Assembly (NCBI GenBank): GCA_030625885.1
Contig: DAOUPZ010000010.1
Span: forward strand, 29,812 to 93,811
Source: Clostridia bacterium
Lineage (GTDB): Bacteria; Bacillota; DAOUPZ01
Direction: 5' to 3'
Length of the DNA stretch: 64,000 nt
Part shown: in pieces, positions 18,871 to 29,482 of the stretch
Numbering within the stretch: the first letter of the stretch is position 1
How the letters are laid out: every line of letters begins with the position of its first letter
The notes under the pieces: generated by a model
Told to the model about the DNA's origin: nothing
Seen by the model: the letters and a program-made list of their open reading frames with translations, nothing else
Databases searched by the model: none
Position numbers and translations under genes: made by a program

Positions 18871-19173
18871 AACTCCCAAGAGGTATTTTGGGAGTTTTTT
18901 TTGTGTTTAAGGGAGTTTCAAAAGAAGTATTTATCAAACATTAAATAATATATATTTGCGCATAATATGAAAGATATAGTTGAAAACCATTATTAATTTT
19001 ATATTTTATCTTTAATTATGAAATGTGTTGAAAAAAGACGAAATATGCCGAAATATTAATCATTATTATCATAATTAAAACATTTTAGCCATAATAATAA
19101 TTGATATAGTATAAGTTATTTTGTATAATGAAACTGTTGAAGATGTTGTAATTAAGATAATAGAAACATTGGC

Positions 19174-19300
19174 AGAGTATTCAAGAAGAATGCTATGGTA
19201 GATCTAAGAGAAACCTGAGGGTGGCTCAAAGGAAGACCAATATTTTTATAGCGAAGCTCATATTTTGAGTAGGCGCATAAAAGTATTGGTTATTTTTATT
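19174..19300 (+). other. Conserved leader-like element A (~125 nt) ending in a terminator-like hairpin AAGACCAATA/TATTGGTT plus T-run.
   Basis: Aligns over its whole length with element B at 19810-19918 (GAAT..TGGTRG.T.TAAGRAAAACCTGAGGGTGG.TC..AGGAAGACCAAT.TTTTTAT…ATTGGT.T.TTTTT). Confidence 0.6.
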
Positions 19301-19353
19301 TCGTAAAAAATAGTAGCAATTGTAATTGTTGGAATCTGAGAGGATGTGAGATC

Positions 19354-19803
19354 ATGACTGATTTTACCGATAAAATGGGAAAGACAGGGAAGTCTAACAA
19401 TAAGCAAAAGCAAAATGGTAACAACTCAAGAGACATCAAGTTAAATAACCAACAGAGAAAACAAATGCAGCATGAATTAAAACTATATATGGAAAAATAT
19501 TTTAAACAGAAATTAGGCAAAGGTGTTGATTATACTAAAATAGTAATCTGGGATGATATGCTTATCATTCGAGGAGAGAGTTTTTTAACGGAACCAGAAA
19601 AATACATTGTTCAAACACCTATGGGGCGGGATGTGGTTAAAGCAGCTCGGATGGAGGTCGCTAGACAGCATTCCATAGATAATCTGGCATATTTTGAAAA
19701 AAGGCTAGGTGCTACATGTATTCATCAAGTTTATGATATAGAATCAGAAAAGGATTATTGGATCCATGTGATGGTTTTTGATCGAGTGTTGACAGAAGTA
19801 TAG
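19354..19803 (+). CDS. Hypothetical protein with a K/N/Q-rich N-terminus.
   Basis: 149-aa ORF, RBS GAGAGGATG upstream. Flanked on both sides by the leader-like elements. Confidence 0.5.
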   Translation: MTDFTDKMGKTGKSNNKQKQNGNNSRDIKLNNQQRKQMQHELKLYMEKYFKQKLGKGVDYTKIVIWDDMLIIRGESFLTEPEKYIVQTPMGRDVVKAARMEVARQHSIDNLAYFEKRLGATCIHQVYDIESEKDYWIHVMVFDRVLTEV

Positions 19804-19809
19804 AAAAGG

Positions 19810-19918
19810 GAATATTTTGGTGGTTTTAGGAAAAACCTGAGGGTGGTTCTGAGGAAGACCAATGTTTTTATGACGTACTCTATTCTGAGTGTGTGCATGA
19901 GAATATTGGTCTTTTTTT
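19810..19918 (+). other. Conserved leader-like element B, upstream of the alcohol dehydrogenase gene.
   Basis: Second copy of element A. Terminator-like AAGACCAAT…ATTGGTCTTTTTTT. Confidence 0.6.
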
Positions 19919-19986
19919 GTACTAGAATGATTTCTAAAAGGTTTTAAGGGTCAACAGGCCTTAAAATAAATAAAAAATAGGGGGAA

Positions 19987-21051
19987 TTGAACATGAATCA
20001 AAAAACAATGAAAGCTGCAGTGTATCATGGACCGGGGGATATGAGATTGGATGAGGTGCCGGTACCTCAAATTATTGAACCAGATGATGCTATTGTTCGG
20101 GTAACGACATCGACTATTTGCGGAACTGATATTCACATTGAAGCAGGTGGTATGCCAGAAGTTGAACCTGGACGCGTTATAGGTCATGAATTTGTGGGAG
20201 AAGTTGTAGAAGTGGGTCCAAATGTAAGAAATGCTAAAGTAGGGGATAAAGTAGCTGTTTCTTGTGTCACACAATGTGGAGAATGCTTCTATTGTGTTCG
20301 TGGAGACTATTCCCACTGTACAACTGGAAGCTGGATTTTCGGTTATATGATTGATGGCTGTCAGGCTGAATATGTTCGTGTCCCACATGCTAACATGGGA
20401 TTGCATCAAATTCCGGAAGGGCTAACCGAAGAAGATGTATTATTTGTGGGTGATATCTTATCTACAGGTTATTTTGGCGCAGAAAAAGCAAGAATTCAAC
20501 CTGGTGACACAGTAGCAGTAATGGGTTGTGGTCCTGTTGGAATGTGTGCTATGGCAACAGCAAGATTATGGGGACCTTCACAAATTATTGCTGTGGATAT
20601 GAATCAAGATCGATTGGATATTGCGGTAAAAGAAGGTATTGCAGATATTGCTATTAATCCTGCAAAAGAAAATGCTGCGGAAAAAATTAGAGAATTGACT
20701 CAAGGTCGTGGTGCTGATGTAACAATCGAAGCAGTAGGGGCAAAAGGAACTTATGAGTTAGCGCTAGACGCCGTAAGAGCAGGTGGAAATGTTTCAATTA
20801 TAGGTGTATTTGAAAAACCACAAGAATTACCAATGAATAAATTATGGATTAAAAATATTAATATCAGCATGGGATTGGTTACTGCTAACCGTATTCCAGA
20901 ATTAATTAAACTCATTCAGACTGGAAAAATTAACACCAATTTCTTAATTACACATCGGGCACCACTAAATGATATTCTTAAAGGTTACGATGTTTTTGGC
21001 AATAAGAAAGACAATTGCCTAAAATGGATTGTTACACCTTTTGAAAAATAA
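19987..21051 (+). CDS. Zn-dependent medium-chain alcohol/threonine dehydrogenase family oxidoreductase.
   Basis: CGTDIHI…GHEFVGEVVEVG catalytic Zn site. C-x2-C-x2-C-x7-C structural Zn site. GCGPVG NAD fold. Confidence 0.85.
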   Translation: MNMNQKTMKAAVYHGPGDMRLDEVPVPQIIEPDDAIVRVTTSTICGTDIHIEAGGMPEVEPGRVIGHEFVGEVVEVGPNVRNAKVGDKVAVSCVTQCGECFYCVRGDYSHCTTGSWIFGYMIDGCQAEYVRVPHANMGLHQIPEGLTEEDVLFVGDILSTGYFGAEKARIQPGDTVAVMGCGPVGMCAMATARLWGPSQIIAVDMNQDRLDIAVKEGIADIAINPAKENAAEKIRELTQGRGADVTIEAVGAKGTYELALDAVRAGGNVSIIGVFEKPQELPMNKLWIKNINISMGLVTANRIPELIKLIQTGKINTNFLITHRAPLNDILKGYDVFGNKKDNCLKWIVTPFEK

Positions 21052-21403
21052 ATAATCATATGAGTTATTGTACTTGGGGTTAACACTAGTAATAAATAAC
21101 CTCAAGTACAAGATATAAATGAAAGAAAATATGAATGATTAAAGTTTATTAGTATTCTGTAATTAAGCTTGTGGTAAGTACCCCCAATATTTACCACATG
21201 ATTCATGTTCAAAGAAGATATATAACCAGTGTAGTTACCAGTGTAAACAAGCAAAAACTTTCCTTTATTAAGGGAGGTTTTTTGCTGTATCAAAAAGAAT
21301 GAGATAATAAAGAAAAACAAGATGAATAATAAAAATTACATGTTTTGATGTTGATTAGGTAACTTGCATGATAGGATAAATAACTAAGTTTGGAGAATTA
21401 AAA

Positions 21404-22330
21404 ATGAACTATAAAAAGATATTTACTGATCCCTCAGGGGTATTATTTTTTTCTATAATTTGCTGTTTCTTGTGGGGGAGTGCCTTTCCTGTTTTGAAGA
21501 TTAGTTTTGAAAAAATGGGATTCTTGCCAGAAAACAGTTTGGATAAGATGGCTTTTGCGGGAATGCGTTTTTTGTTAGCATCGATTATAATTTTCTTTTT
21601 TTATAGAATTGTGTTAAAGGGCAGTATTGCTATTCCAAAATCGTTAGGGTGGCAATTGTTGTTGTTAGGGATTTTTCAAACAAGCCTCCAATATTATTTT
21701 TTTTATAATGCATTAGCCTATATAACCGGAATGAAAGGTGCGATTTTAGAGTCGGTTGGTAGTTTTTTTGTTGTAATATTCGCCCATTTTTTGTACAAAA
21801 ATGATCGGATAAATAACAGGAAAGTATGGGGGGTAATATGTGGCTTTGTTGGTATTTTACTTGTTAATTGGGGAAAAGAATTTTCGTGGACATTTTCTAT
21901 TAAAGGAGAAGGTTATCTCATTTTTTCAGGGTTAGTCAGTGCACTGGGAATGTTGTTAGCAAAAGAGCTTTCTAAGCAGATTCATCCATTTTTGCTTACG
22001 GCATGGCAGATGTTTATTGGATCGCTAATTTTGTTATTATTGGGCATGTCTCGAATTGCGGCTGTTATGGTGCAATTTACACCAATAACAGAAATCCTTT
22101 TTATTTATGCAGCACTTCTATCTGCCATTGCTTTTTCCATTTGGCACTTGCTTTTAAAATATAATAAAGCGGGTGAAGTGGTACTTTATCAATTTATGAT
22201 TCCGGTATCAGGAGCATTACTGTCAACAATTTTTATTCCCGGAGAAAAATTGACTTTGTTTATGATATTGGGGTTGATATTTGTAAGTTTAGGAATATTG
22301 ATTGTTAATATACAAATAAAAGAGAAATAA
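21404..22330 (+). CDS. DMT-superfamily (EamA-like) transporter.
   Basis: Ten TM segments arranged as two EamA-like halves. Confidence 0.7.
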   Translation: MNYKKIFTDPSGVLFFSIICCFLWGSAFPVLKISFEKMGFLPENSLDKMAFAGMRFLLASIIIFFFYRIVLKGSIAIPKSLGWQLLLLGIFQTSLQYYFFYNALAYITGMKGAILESVGSFFVVIFAHFLYKNDRINNRKVWGVICGFVGILLVNWGKEFSWTFSIKGEGYLIFSGLVSALGMLLAKELSKQIHPFLLTAWQMFIGSLILLLLGMSRIAAVMVQFTPITEILFIYAALLSAIAFSIWHLLLKYNKAGEVVLYQFMIPVSGALLSTIFIPGEKLTLFMILGLIFVSLGILIVNIQIKEK

Positions 22331-22399
22331 ATATTAATTATAAAAAATATGTATCTATTTTAGATACATATTTTTTTGAAAAATAATTCAAAAAAGATA

Positions 22400-22428
22400 T
22401 TGACAAAACGATTAAATGTAATTATAAT
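22400..22428 (+). promoter_or_regulatory. Consensus sigma-A promoter for the reverse rubrerythrin gene, followed by a Per-box-like palindrome (22437-22451).
   Basis: TTGACA at 22400-22405, 17-nt spacer, TATAAT at 22423-22428. Downstream TTGTAACTATTACAA is a 7-1-7 inverted repeat resembling TTATAATNATTATAA. Confidence 0.55.
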
Positions 22429-22478
22429 AAAATTGTAACTATTACAAATTATTATAAAAAGCTAAAGGAGGATTTACA

Positions 22479-23027
22479 ATGAAAAAATTTGTTTGTTCTG
22501 TTTGTGGTTATGTACATATGGGAGATACTGCGCCAGAAAAATGTCCGCAATGTGGTGTAGCAGCAGATAAGTTTATTGAAAAAGTTGAAGGCGGAGATTT
22601 GAAATGGGCTGATGAACATAAAATTGGTATCGCAAAAGGGTTAGATCCGGAAGTGGTTCAATGTTTAAAAGATAATTTTATGGGTGAATGTACGGAAGTG
22701 GGGATGTACTTGGCAATGGGTCGTCAAGCGGATCGGGAAGGATATCCTGAGGTAGCAGAAGCTTATAAAAAAATTGCTTTTGAAGAGGCAGAACATGCCG
22801 CAAAATTTGCAGAGCTTTTAGGGGAAGTCGTTGCCGCAGATACCAAAACCAATTTACAAATGCGAGTGGATGCAGAACATGGTGCTTGTCAAGGTAAAAA
22901 GGATTTAGCAACAAAAGCAAAAGAACTCGGTTATGATGCTATTCATGATACGGTACACGAAATGTGCAAGGATGAAGCGCGTCATGGCTCCGCATTTGCT
23001 GGAATGTTAAAAAGATATTTTGGCTAG
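22479..23027 (+). CDS. Reverse rubrerythrin (N-terminal rubredoxin-like domain plus ferritin-like diiron domain).
   Basis: CSVCGY…CPQCG rubredoxin motif followed by E…EAEH diiron helices ([20 protein letters not shown]). Confidence 0.8.
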   Translation: MKKFVCSVCGYVHMGDTAPEKCPQCGVAADKFIEKVEGGDLKWADEHKIGIAKGLDPEVVQCLKDNFMGECTEVGMYLAMGRQADREGYPEVAEAYKKIAFEEAEHAAKFAELLGEVVAADTKTNLQMRVDAEHGACQGKKDLATKAKELGYDAIHDTVHEMCKDEARHGSAFAGMLKRYFG

Positions 23028-23257
23028 AGTAAACATAATAAGGTTAAGAAGTGCTTGTCGAAAATGATAGGCACTTTTTTTATGGGCTAAACAGATTATA
23101 TTTAGTTATGAAACAGAAGGAAGAGAATCATTGATGTTGAAGTTTTAATTATATTACCCTTATTTGGAAATGTATGCTACGTATATATGAGGTTTTAGGA
23201 TGAAAAAATAAAATGAGATATTATAAGCATCAAAGCTAAATATAAAGGGGAAATATA

Positions 23258-23764
23258 ATGAAACAAATTTTATTGATTTTATTATTACAGCTGATTTACC
23301 TGCCGCTTTTGACACTAAGAACAATTTTTCTGGTTAGAAATAATAGTGTGTTGGCTTCAATTTTAGGCTTTATGGAAGCATTGGTTTATATATTTGGCTT
23401 AGCACTTGTTTTTAGCGGCGAACAAACCATGCTGGCTATGATTGTATATGCTGTTGGTTATGGCTTAGGGATTTTTGTAGGTGTCTATATTGAGCAAAAG
23501 TTAGCCATTGGGTATACAACGTTTGCAGTATGTTTAATAAACAAGAATGCAGAATTAATAGCGCATCTTAGAATTGAAGGATTTGGGGTCGCAGTTTTTG
23601 AAGGTGAAGGAATGGATGGGAAACGATACAGGTTGGAAATTTTAACAGAACGGAGTCGGGAAAAAGAGTTATTAGAATTCATTGAAGCACATGAGCCCGA
23701 AGCATTTATTGTTTCTTATGAGCCAAAGAAATTTAAGATAAGAAGAAATTTACTATTTAAATAG
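23258..23764 (+). CDS. DUF2179/UPF0316-like small membrane protein.
   Basis: Four TM N-terminal half plus a soluble C-terminal domain, the pattern typical of the UPF0316 family. Confidence 0.45.
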   Translation: MKQILLILLLQLIYLPLLTLRTIFLVRNNSVLASILGFMEALVYIFGLALVFSGEQTMLAMIVYAVGYGLGIFVGVYIEQKLAIGYTTFAVCLINKNAELIAHLRIEGFGVAVFEGEGMDGKRYRLEILTERSREKELLEFIEAHEPEAFIVSYEPKKFKIRRNLLFK

Positions 23765-23777
23765 GAGCGATATCATT

Positions 23778-24401
23778 ATGGGAAATAAACAGGAACTGTT
23801 TTGGGAATTTGAAAAACATTTAATGGAAGATTCCAAACCATCTAACTATTTCAATGAAATGCTTAAGTCAGGGCTGTTTTCCGAAACATATCCTTTTACA
23901 TTATTAGGAGATTTAATGGATACATCGCAATCGGCCAAGTATCATCCAGAAGGGAGTGTTTGGAATCATACCATGCTGGTTGTGGATCAAGCTGCTCAAG
24001 TGAAGCAGCGCAGCCAAGCGCCACGAGTTTTTATGTGGGCAGCGTTATTACATGATTTAGGCAAAGCCCGTACAACCAGAGAGAAGAAGGGCAGGATTAC
24101 TTCTTATGATCATGATAAATGTGGGGCAAAACTTGCTGCAGAATTTCTCGAAGTATTTAGCGATGATCAGGATTATATAAAAAAGGTAGCGAAAATGGTA
24201 AGATGGCATATGCAAACGCTTTTTGTGGTACGTGATTTGCCATTTGCAGAAATTAAGAAAATGCTTGATGAAGTTTCACTGGATGAAATTGCGTTATTGT
24301 CATTGTGCGACCGTTTAGGGAGAGGTGGGATGACACCGCAGAAAATCGCAGAAGAACGAGAAAATATCAGATGCTTTGTGGAAAAATGCCAGACTTACTA
24401 A
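23778..24401 (+). CDS. HD-domain phosphohydrolase.
   Basis: H…LLHDLGK…D motif series. Confidence 0.65.
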   Translation: MGNKQELFWEFEKHLMEDSKPSNYFNEMLKSGLFSETYPFTLLGDLMDTSQSAKYHPEGSVWNHTMLVVDQAAQVKQRSQAPRVFMWAALLHDLGKARTTREKKGRITSYDHDKCGAKLAAEFLEVFSDDQDYIKKVAKMVRWHMQTLFVVRDLPFAEIKKMLDEVSLDEIALLSLCDRLGRGGMTPQKIAEERENIRCFVEKCQTY

Positions 24402-24494
24402 TCCATCATTTGCAATAGAGGTTTATGAGAAGGATGCTGGAAAAAAAGATCCGGCATCCTTCATGAAAGTATTAAATAGAGTGGAAGTTGCTTT

Positions 24495-25262
24495 TTATAT
24501 ATCTAAGATTTTCCTCAATTCTTTTGCTTGTCGGCGGCTGACCTGTATTTTGCTTTGGCTTTTATCTGTTAGAACAAGATTATAAGTACCTTTGAAAAAG
24601 GGAAGAACTTCTTTGATTTTACTAAGATTGACGATAAAGCTTCTGTGTGTTCTGAAAAATGTTTTCGAGTCCAATTTTTTTTCTAATGATGATAATGTAT
24701 ATCGAGTAATATATTGATCATTGGCGGTTTTGACATATACATAGCTTTGTTCAGTGTAAAAGTAGTAGATATCATCTGTACTTAATATAATGATTTTACC
24801 ATTTTTTTCTGCGGATAGTCTGATCATATTGTCTGGTGGAATATTACTTTTTTCAATTGATTGATCAGATAAATCATCATTATTAATACTGATTTTAGAA
24901 ATGGCTTTAGCTAACTTACTTTCTTCTATGGGTTTTAGTATATAATCTATAGCATTAACTTCAAAAGCTTTATAAGCATATTCTTCATATGCTGTTACAT
25001 AAATAATCTTTGGCGGATTTTCCATGTTTGCGATTTCTTTTCCAACATCTATGCCATTTGAATTAGGAAATGATATATCTAAGAAAACGACGTCATAGTT
25101 TAGGGCGTTGATTAAAGTTAATGCTTCTTCAGCATTGGTTGCTTCTCCAACTATATTGATATGATGTAATTTATTTAGGCAATATCTTAATTCTTCTCTG
25201 GCGGGGTATTCGTCATCTACTATTAAAGCTCTAATTTTTATCATATTCCAACCTACTTTCAC
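24495..25262 (-). CDS. LytTR-family response regulator.
   Basis: Receiver domain (LIVDDE…D) and C-terminal LytTR domain (FFRTHRSFIVNLSKIKEV). Confidence 0.85.
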   Translation of the reverse strand: MKVGWNMIKIRALIVDDEYPAREELRYCLNKLHHINIVGEATNAEEALTLINALNYDVVFLDISFPNSNGIDVGKEIANMENPPKIIYVTAYEEYAYKAFEVNAIDYILKPIEESKLAKAISKISINNDDLSDQSIEKSNIPPDNMIRLSAEKNGKIIILSTDDIYYFYTEQSYVYVKTANDQYITRYTLSSLEKKLDSKTFFRTHRSFIVNLSKIKEVLPFFKGTYNLVLTDKSQSKIQVSRRQAKELRKILDI

Positions 25263-26592
25263 CTTCTAAACATATAGGTATTTTAAACCACGCTTTTGTT
25301 CCTTGATCATAAACACTTTCAATGTTTAATCCATAACGATCTCCATAGAGAAGCTTTAGTCTTTCATTAACATTAGGGATTCCGACGCCGCATCCTGTAC
25401 CGTAACCTGGAAGAAAAACATGGTGAAGGTTTTCTTTTTTTATACCTATACCATTATCAGTGACTGAAATGATTATTTCGTCATAAATCTTTTTTGCTGA
25501 TATTTTCACTAAGCCTTCATTTGATTTCGGGATAATTCCGTGTAGTATAGAATTTTGTACTAAGGGTTGAATCGTTAAAACAGGGATCATAATATGTTTT
25601 AAGTTTTCATCTATATCCAATATAACGCTTAGTTTATCTCCGAATCTAGCTTTTTCAATTAAGATATAGGTTTTTACATAGTTTAATTCTTCTTCTAAGG
25701 TGATATATCTATTATTATTATTAAGCATATATCTCAATAGAGAGGATAATTCGATGACGAGTTTTCTGGCATACTCAGGGTTTTTGTTGATATACATATT
25801 GATCGTATTCAGGGTATTAAACAAAAAATGTGGGTTAATTTGTGCTTGCAATGCATCAAGTTTAGCTTCTGTAACTAATTTTGCCTGTCTTTCTAATTCT
25901 GATAATTGTATTTGTACATTTAATAAATTAGCAAGACCGGTTGCTAACCTTACGGTATCATTTGATATTTTACCTTTTTCTGTATGATATAATTTTAAAG
26001 TGCCAATTACTTTATCTTTGTAAAATAAGGGTACGATGATGGCTGATTCGAGGGGGCAAATGCAATTTTTAACATGGCAATTAAATTCATTTTTGCTTTT
26101 AATAATTTTAGTTTTACCAGTCTTAATAGCATCCATGGTGGCCTGAGTTACAATTGGATTGCCCGGAGGATGATGTTCGCATCCTGTTCCTATGAATGCA
26201 AGCACTTTTGTGGTATCAGTAATGGCAACTGCAGGGACGTCGCTGATTGTTTTAATAATATTTGCAATAATTTTGGCTGTTTCTTCATTTAGACCATGTC
26301 TTAAATGAGGTAAAGTTTTATTTGCGATTAGCATGGTATTTTTTAGGGATTCGTAGTTGCTTTGAGTTTGATTTAATTTTTGTTTTGCAGGTATTTTGAT
26401 GATTAGAATGCTCCCGACGAAGCATGATAGTGCAATTAACATGATTTGAAAATAAAATGTTTTATAAATATATGAAAAAATTGAAACAACACATATAAAG
26501 AATACAAACAGATACAAAATTCTAACAGTAAAAATAGAATGGATTATTTTATTCATACTGCTTAATGTGTATTTTATTCTTTTTGTTTTCAT
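25231..26592 (-). CDS. Sensor histidine kinase of the LytS/YehU type (2 TM, GAF-like domain, His_kinase/HATPase).
   Basis: INPHFLFNTLNTI phospho-acceptor box typical of PF06580. GxGxG ATP lid near the C-terminus. Confidence 0.8.
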   Translation of the reverse strand: MKTKRIKYTLSSMNKIIHSIFTVRILYLFVFFICVVSIFSYIYKTFYFQIMLIALSCFVGSILIIKIPAKQKLNQTQSNYESLKNTMLIANKTLPHLRHGLNEETAKIIANIIKTISDVPAVAITDTTKVLAFIGTGCEHHPPGNPIVTQATMDAIKTGKTKIIKSKNEFNCHVKNCICPLESAIIVPLFYKDKVIGTLKLYHTEKGKISNDTVRLATGLANLLNVQIQLSELERQAKLVTEAKLDALQAQINPHFLFNTLNTINMYINKNPEYARKLVIELSSLLRYMLNNNNRYITLEEELNYVKTYILIEKARFGDKLSVILDIDENLKHIMIPVLTIQPLVQNSILHGIIPKSNEGLVKISAKKIYDEIIISVTDNGIGIKKENLHHVFLPGYGTGCGVGIPNVNERLKLLYGDRYGLNIESVYDQGTKAWFKIPICLEGESRLEYDKN

Positions 26593-26844
26593 TATTGTTT
26601 CTCCTATATTTTTTATTTTATTATATCCTTATTAAACATCAGACGTCAAAAAAAATATAATGATCGGATATATAGACCTTTAAACGGTCTTTTTTTTATT
26701 TAAACGGTTATTATGCAATTTAATTTACCATTTATTTACCACTCATATATTCAAAATGACCATTTATGTACTGATTGATACCGTTGAAATGGAAAAACTA
26801 TCTAATTGTGCTTGTACTCATATATGATAAATAAAAAAGGAGGA

Positions 26845-28761
26845 ATGATTATGAGCGATTCAATGAAAAATAGTAAAAAAATATACGGACCAAATCCATC
26901 ATTTGTGGAAAATGCTAATGTCAAAAAGATTGATGAAAATCTTAGTATAGAAAGATTTTGGGAAAAAGAGGCAGAAAGGCTACATTGGTTTAGGAAATGG
27001 GATTCTGTTTTAGAGGGAGAGATTCCTTTCACAAGATGGTTTACCAACGGCAAAATCAATGCGAGTTATAATTGTATTGATAGACACTTAAATAGCTGGA
27101 AAAAGAATAAAGCTGCGTTGATATTTGAAGGTGAACCGGGGGATAGAGCGGTCTATACGTATCAAGATTTGTATAGGGAAGTTACGAAATTTTCCAACGT
27201 CCTTAAAAAAATGGGAATTAATAAAGGGGATGTTGTAACCATTTATTTACCGATGATTCCTCAAGCGGTCATATCAATGTTGGCATGTTCTAGAATTGGT
27301 GCCGTTCATTCAGTTGTATTTGGCGGGTTTTCATCTCAAGCGCTTAGCGATAGAATCAATGATTCTGAAGCGAAACTGGTGATTACATCGGATGGGTATT
27401 GGCGAAGAGGAGGGATTGTACAAGCTAAAGATCGTGTAGATAAAGCGCTGTATGAGACAACCACAGTAGATCATGTTATCGTTATCCAACGATCTAAGAA
27501 TCATATTCATATGGTTAAAGATAGAGATTATTGGTATCACGAATTAATGGATTGGGCGGAAATAGGTTGTGAAGCGGAGGCAATGGATGCTGAAGATGAT
27601 TTGTTCATGCTTTATACGAGTGGGACGACGGGCAAGCCTAAAGGTGTGGTTCATTCAACAGGTGGTTATTTAACTGGCGTTAGTTCAACACATCATAATG
27701 TTTTTGATCATAAAGATGAAGATGTTTATTGGTGTGCAGCAGACATCGGTTGGATAACAGGTCACAGCTATATTGTTTATGGGCCATTGAGTAATGGCTC
27801 AACATTGTTGATATATGAAGGTGCGCCGGATTACCCAGCTAAAGATAGGACATGGGATATTGTGGAAAAATATAGCGTTTCCATACTATATACAGCACCT
27901 ACTGCGATTAGAATGTTTATGAAATGGGGAGAAAAATGGTTAGAAAATAAAAACCTTTCTTCTCTTAGATTGCTTGGATCAGTTGGAGAACCTATAAATC
28001 CGGAAGCTTGGGAGTGGTATTATAAGAATGTAGGTAAAGGTAATTGCCCTATTGTTGATACCTGGTGGCAAACAGAAACAGGCAGTATTATGATTTCTTC
28101 ATTACCAGGCATAAATAAGATGAAGCCGGGTTCCGTGTGTAAACCTTTACCGGGTATTTGTGCCGATGTTGTAGATGATAAAGGTGAATCTGTACCATAT
28201 GGAAGAAATGGATATTTAGTTGTTAAAAGGCCGTGGCCTTCAATGTTAAGAAATGTATATAAGAATACACAAAGATATGTGGAGACGTATTGGAGTATGT
28301 TTGACGGGATGTTCTGTACGGGAGATGGGGCATTCAAAGATGAAGATGGATATATATGGGTTTCCGGTAGAGTGGATGATGTCATAGTTTGTGCGGGTCA
28401 TAATATTGGTTCTGCAGAAGTAGAGAGTTCAATCGTTACACATAAAAGTGTTGCAGAAGCGGCTGCGATTGGTTGTAATAACGCAATAAAAGGTTTAGGG
28501 ATTTGTATATTTGCGACACTAAAAGAAGGAGAATTTCCAAGTCGAGATTTGGAAAATGAATTGAGTGAAATTATCATTGCAGAAATAGGTAAATTTGCTA
28601 AGCCTGATAAATATTTCTTTGCTAAGGAGCTTCCCAAAACGAGAAGTGGTAAGATTATGAGGAGATTATTAAGAGATGTTGCAGAAGGCAGAGAGCTTGG
28701 AGATACGACAACATTACTAGATGTGAGTGTCATAGACGATTTTATGACCATGGATGATTAA
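26845..28761 (+). CDS. acs: Acetyl-CoA synthetase (acetate–CoA ligase).
   Basis: YTSGTTGKPKGV AMP-binding motif. Length and N-terminal WF..W region typical of Acs. RBS AGGAGG before ATG 26845. Confidence 0.9.
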   Translation: MIMSDSMKNSKKIYGPNPSFVENANVKKIDENLSIERFWEKEAERLHWFRKWDSVLEGEIPFTRWFTNGKINASYNCIDRHLNSWKKNKAALIFEGEPGDRAVYTYQDLYREVTKFSNVLKKMGINKGDVVTIYLPMIPQAVISMLACSRIGAVHSVVFGGFSSQALSDRINDSEAKLVITSDGYWRRGGIVQAKDRVDKALYETTTVDHVIVIQRSKNHIHMVKDRDYWYHELMDWAEIGCEAEAMDAEDDLFMLYTSGTTGKPKGVVHSTGGYLTGVSSTHHNVFDHKDEDVYWCAADIGWITGHSYIVYGPLSNGSTLLIYEGAPDYPAKDRTWDIVEKYSVSILYTAPTAIRMFMKWGEKWLENKNLSSLRLLGSVGEPINPEAWEWYYKNVGKGNCPIVDTWWQTETGSIMISSLPGINKMKPGSVCKPLPGICADVVDDKGESVPYGRNGYLVVKRPWPSMLRNVYKNTQRYVETYWSMFDGMFCTGDGAFKDEDGYIWVSGRVDDVIVCAGHNIGSAEVESSIVTHKSVAEAAAIGCNNAIKGLGICIFATLKEGEFPSRDLENELSEIIIAEIGKFAKPDKYFFAKELPKTRSGKIMRRLLRDVAEGRELGDTTTLLDVSVIDDFMTMDD

Positions 28762-29152
28762 GCGTGTAGGATCAAATATGTAAATGAACTAACATGAGAA
28801 CGGTCGATGAGCTGTTCTCATGTTTTTTAGTATGCGGTAGATTATGTTAGAGCCGGTTACTTTTTTGTTTGAGATATAGATATCCAAGCTGATAACTTAA
28901 ATTATAGATTTTTTTATCTTTTATTTCCAACTAACCAACTTTCCAACTAACCAACTGCCCTCTGAAATTAAGCTCTAAGAAAAATATTTGATGCGTTCAA
29001 TATAATAATTTTAATTTTGACATTGGATATCTATAACAACGCCGTTTAATGGATATTAGCGCTCAAAAAGGGCTGATTTGAACCATTGAAAGCATAATGG
29101 TCGTTAAAGTTCAGGATACGTATTAGAATAAATAAAAAAGGGTGGTGTAGAA

Positions 29153-29410
29153 ATGGATAATCAGAAACGATATCAAGCGTATTGGAAAAAGAATGTTTCA
29201 GTCATTAGAAATCTATTAATTGTTTGGGCAACAGTGTCTTTTGGAGTTGTAATATGTTTAGGTGATGTGTTGAGTGATATTAGATTTTTTGGTGTTAATC
29301 TATCCTTTTGGTTTGCGCATCAAGGTGCAATCATTGTGTTTGTACTATTGATACTATATTATGCATGGAAAATGGATAAGATTGATAAAGAATATGGTGT
29401 GGAGGAATAA
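29153..29410 (+). CDS. DUF4212 small membrane protein (accessory subunit of solute:sodium symporters).
   Basis: 85 aa with 2 TM and a YWKKN…FWFAHQGA pattern, immediately upstream of an SSS transporter. Confidence 0.7.
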   Translation: MDNQKRYQAYWKKNVSVIRNLLIVWATVSFGVVICLGDVLSDIRFFGVNLSFWFAHQGAIIVFVLLILYYAWKMDKIDKEYGVEE

Positions 29411-29482
29411 TGATAGACCCGATAAGCTGTGGTTAGATCGCGTTAAGTTAAACTTTATAAACAGAGATAGGAGGATTGCAAA

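Noticed and set aside
19211-19300. Leader element tested as TPP, T-box, glycine, ZTP, guanidine, Mn or c-di-AMP riboswitch
   Set aside because: None of the class-defining conserved blocks (e.g. CTGAGA/GGGGTGC for TPP, AGGGTGGNACCGCG for T-box) are present, so it is left unclassified.
21060-21125. Hairpin TTGTACTTGGGGTTAAC…TAACCTCAAGTACAA after the ADH gene as a possible regulatory palindrome
   Set aside because: The simplest reading is an intrinsic terminator-like stem for the ADH gene (no strong T-run). Nothing suggests more.
24376-24585. 69-aa ORF overlapping the end of the HD-domain gene and the 3' end of the LytTR regulator
   Set aside because: It overlaps two confident genes and has no RBS.
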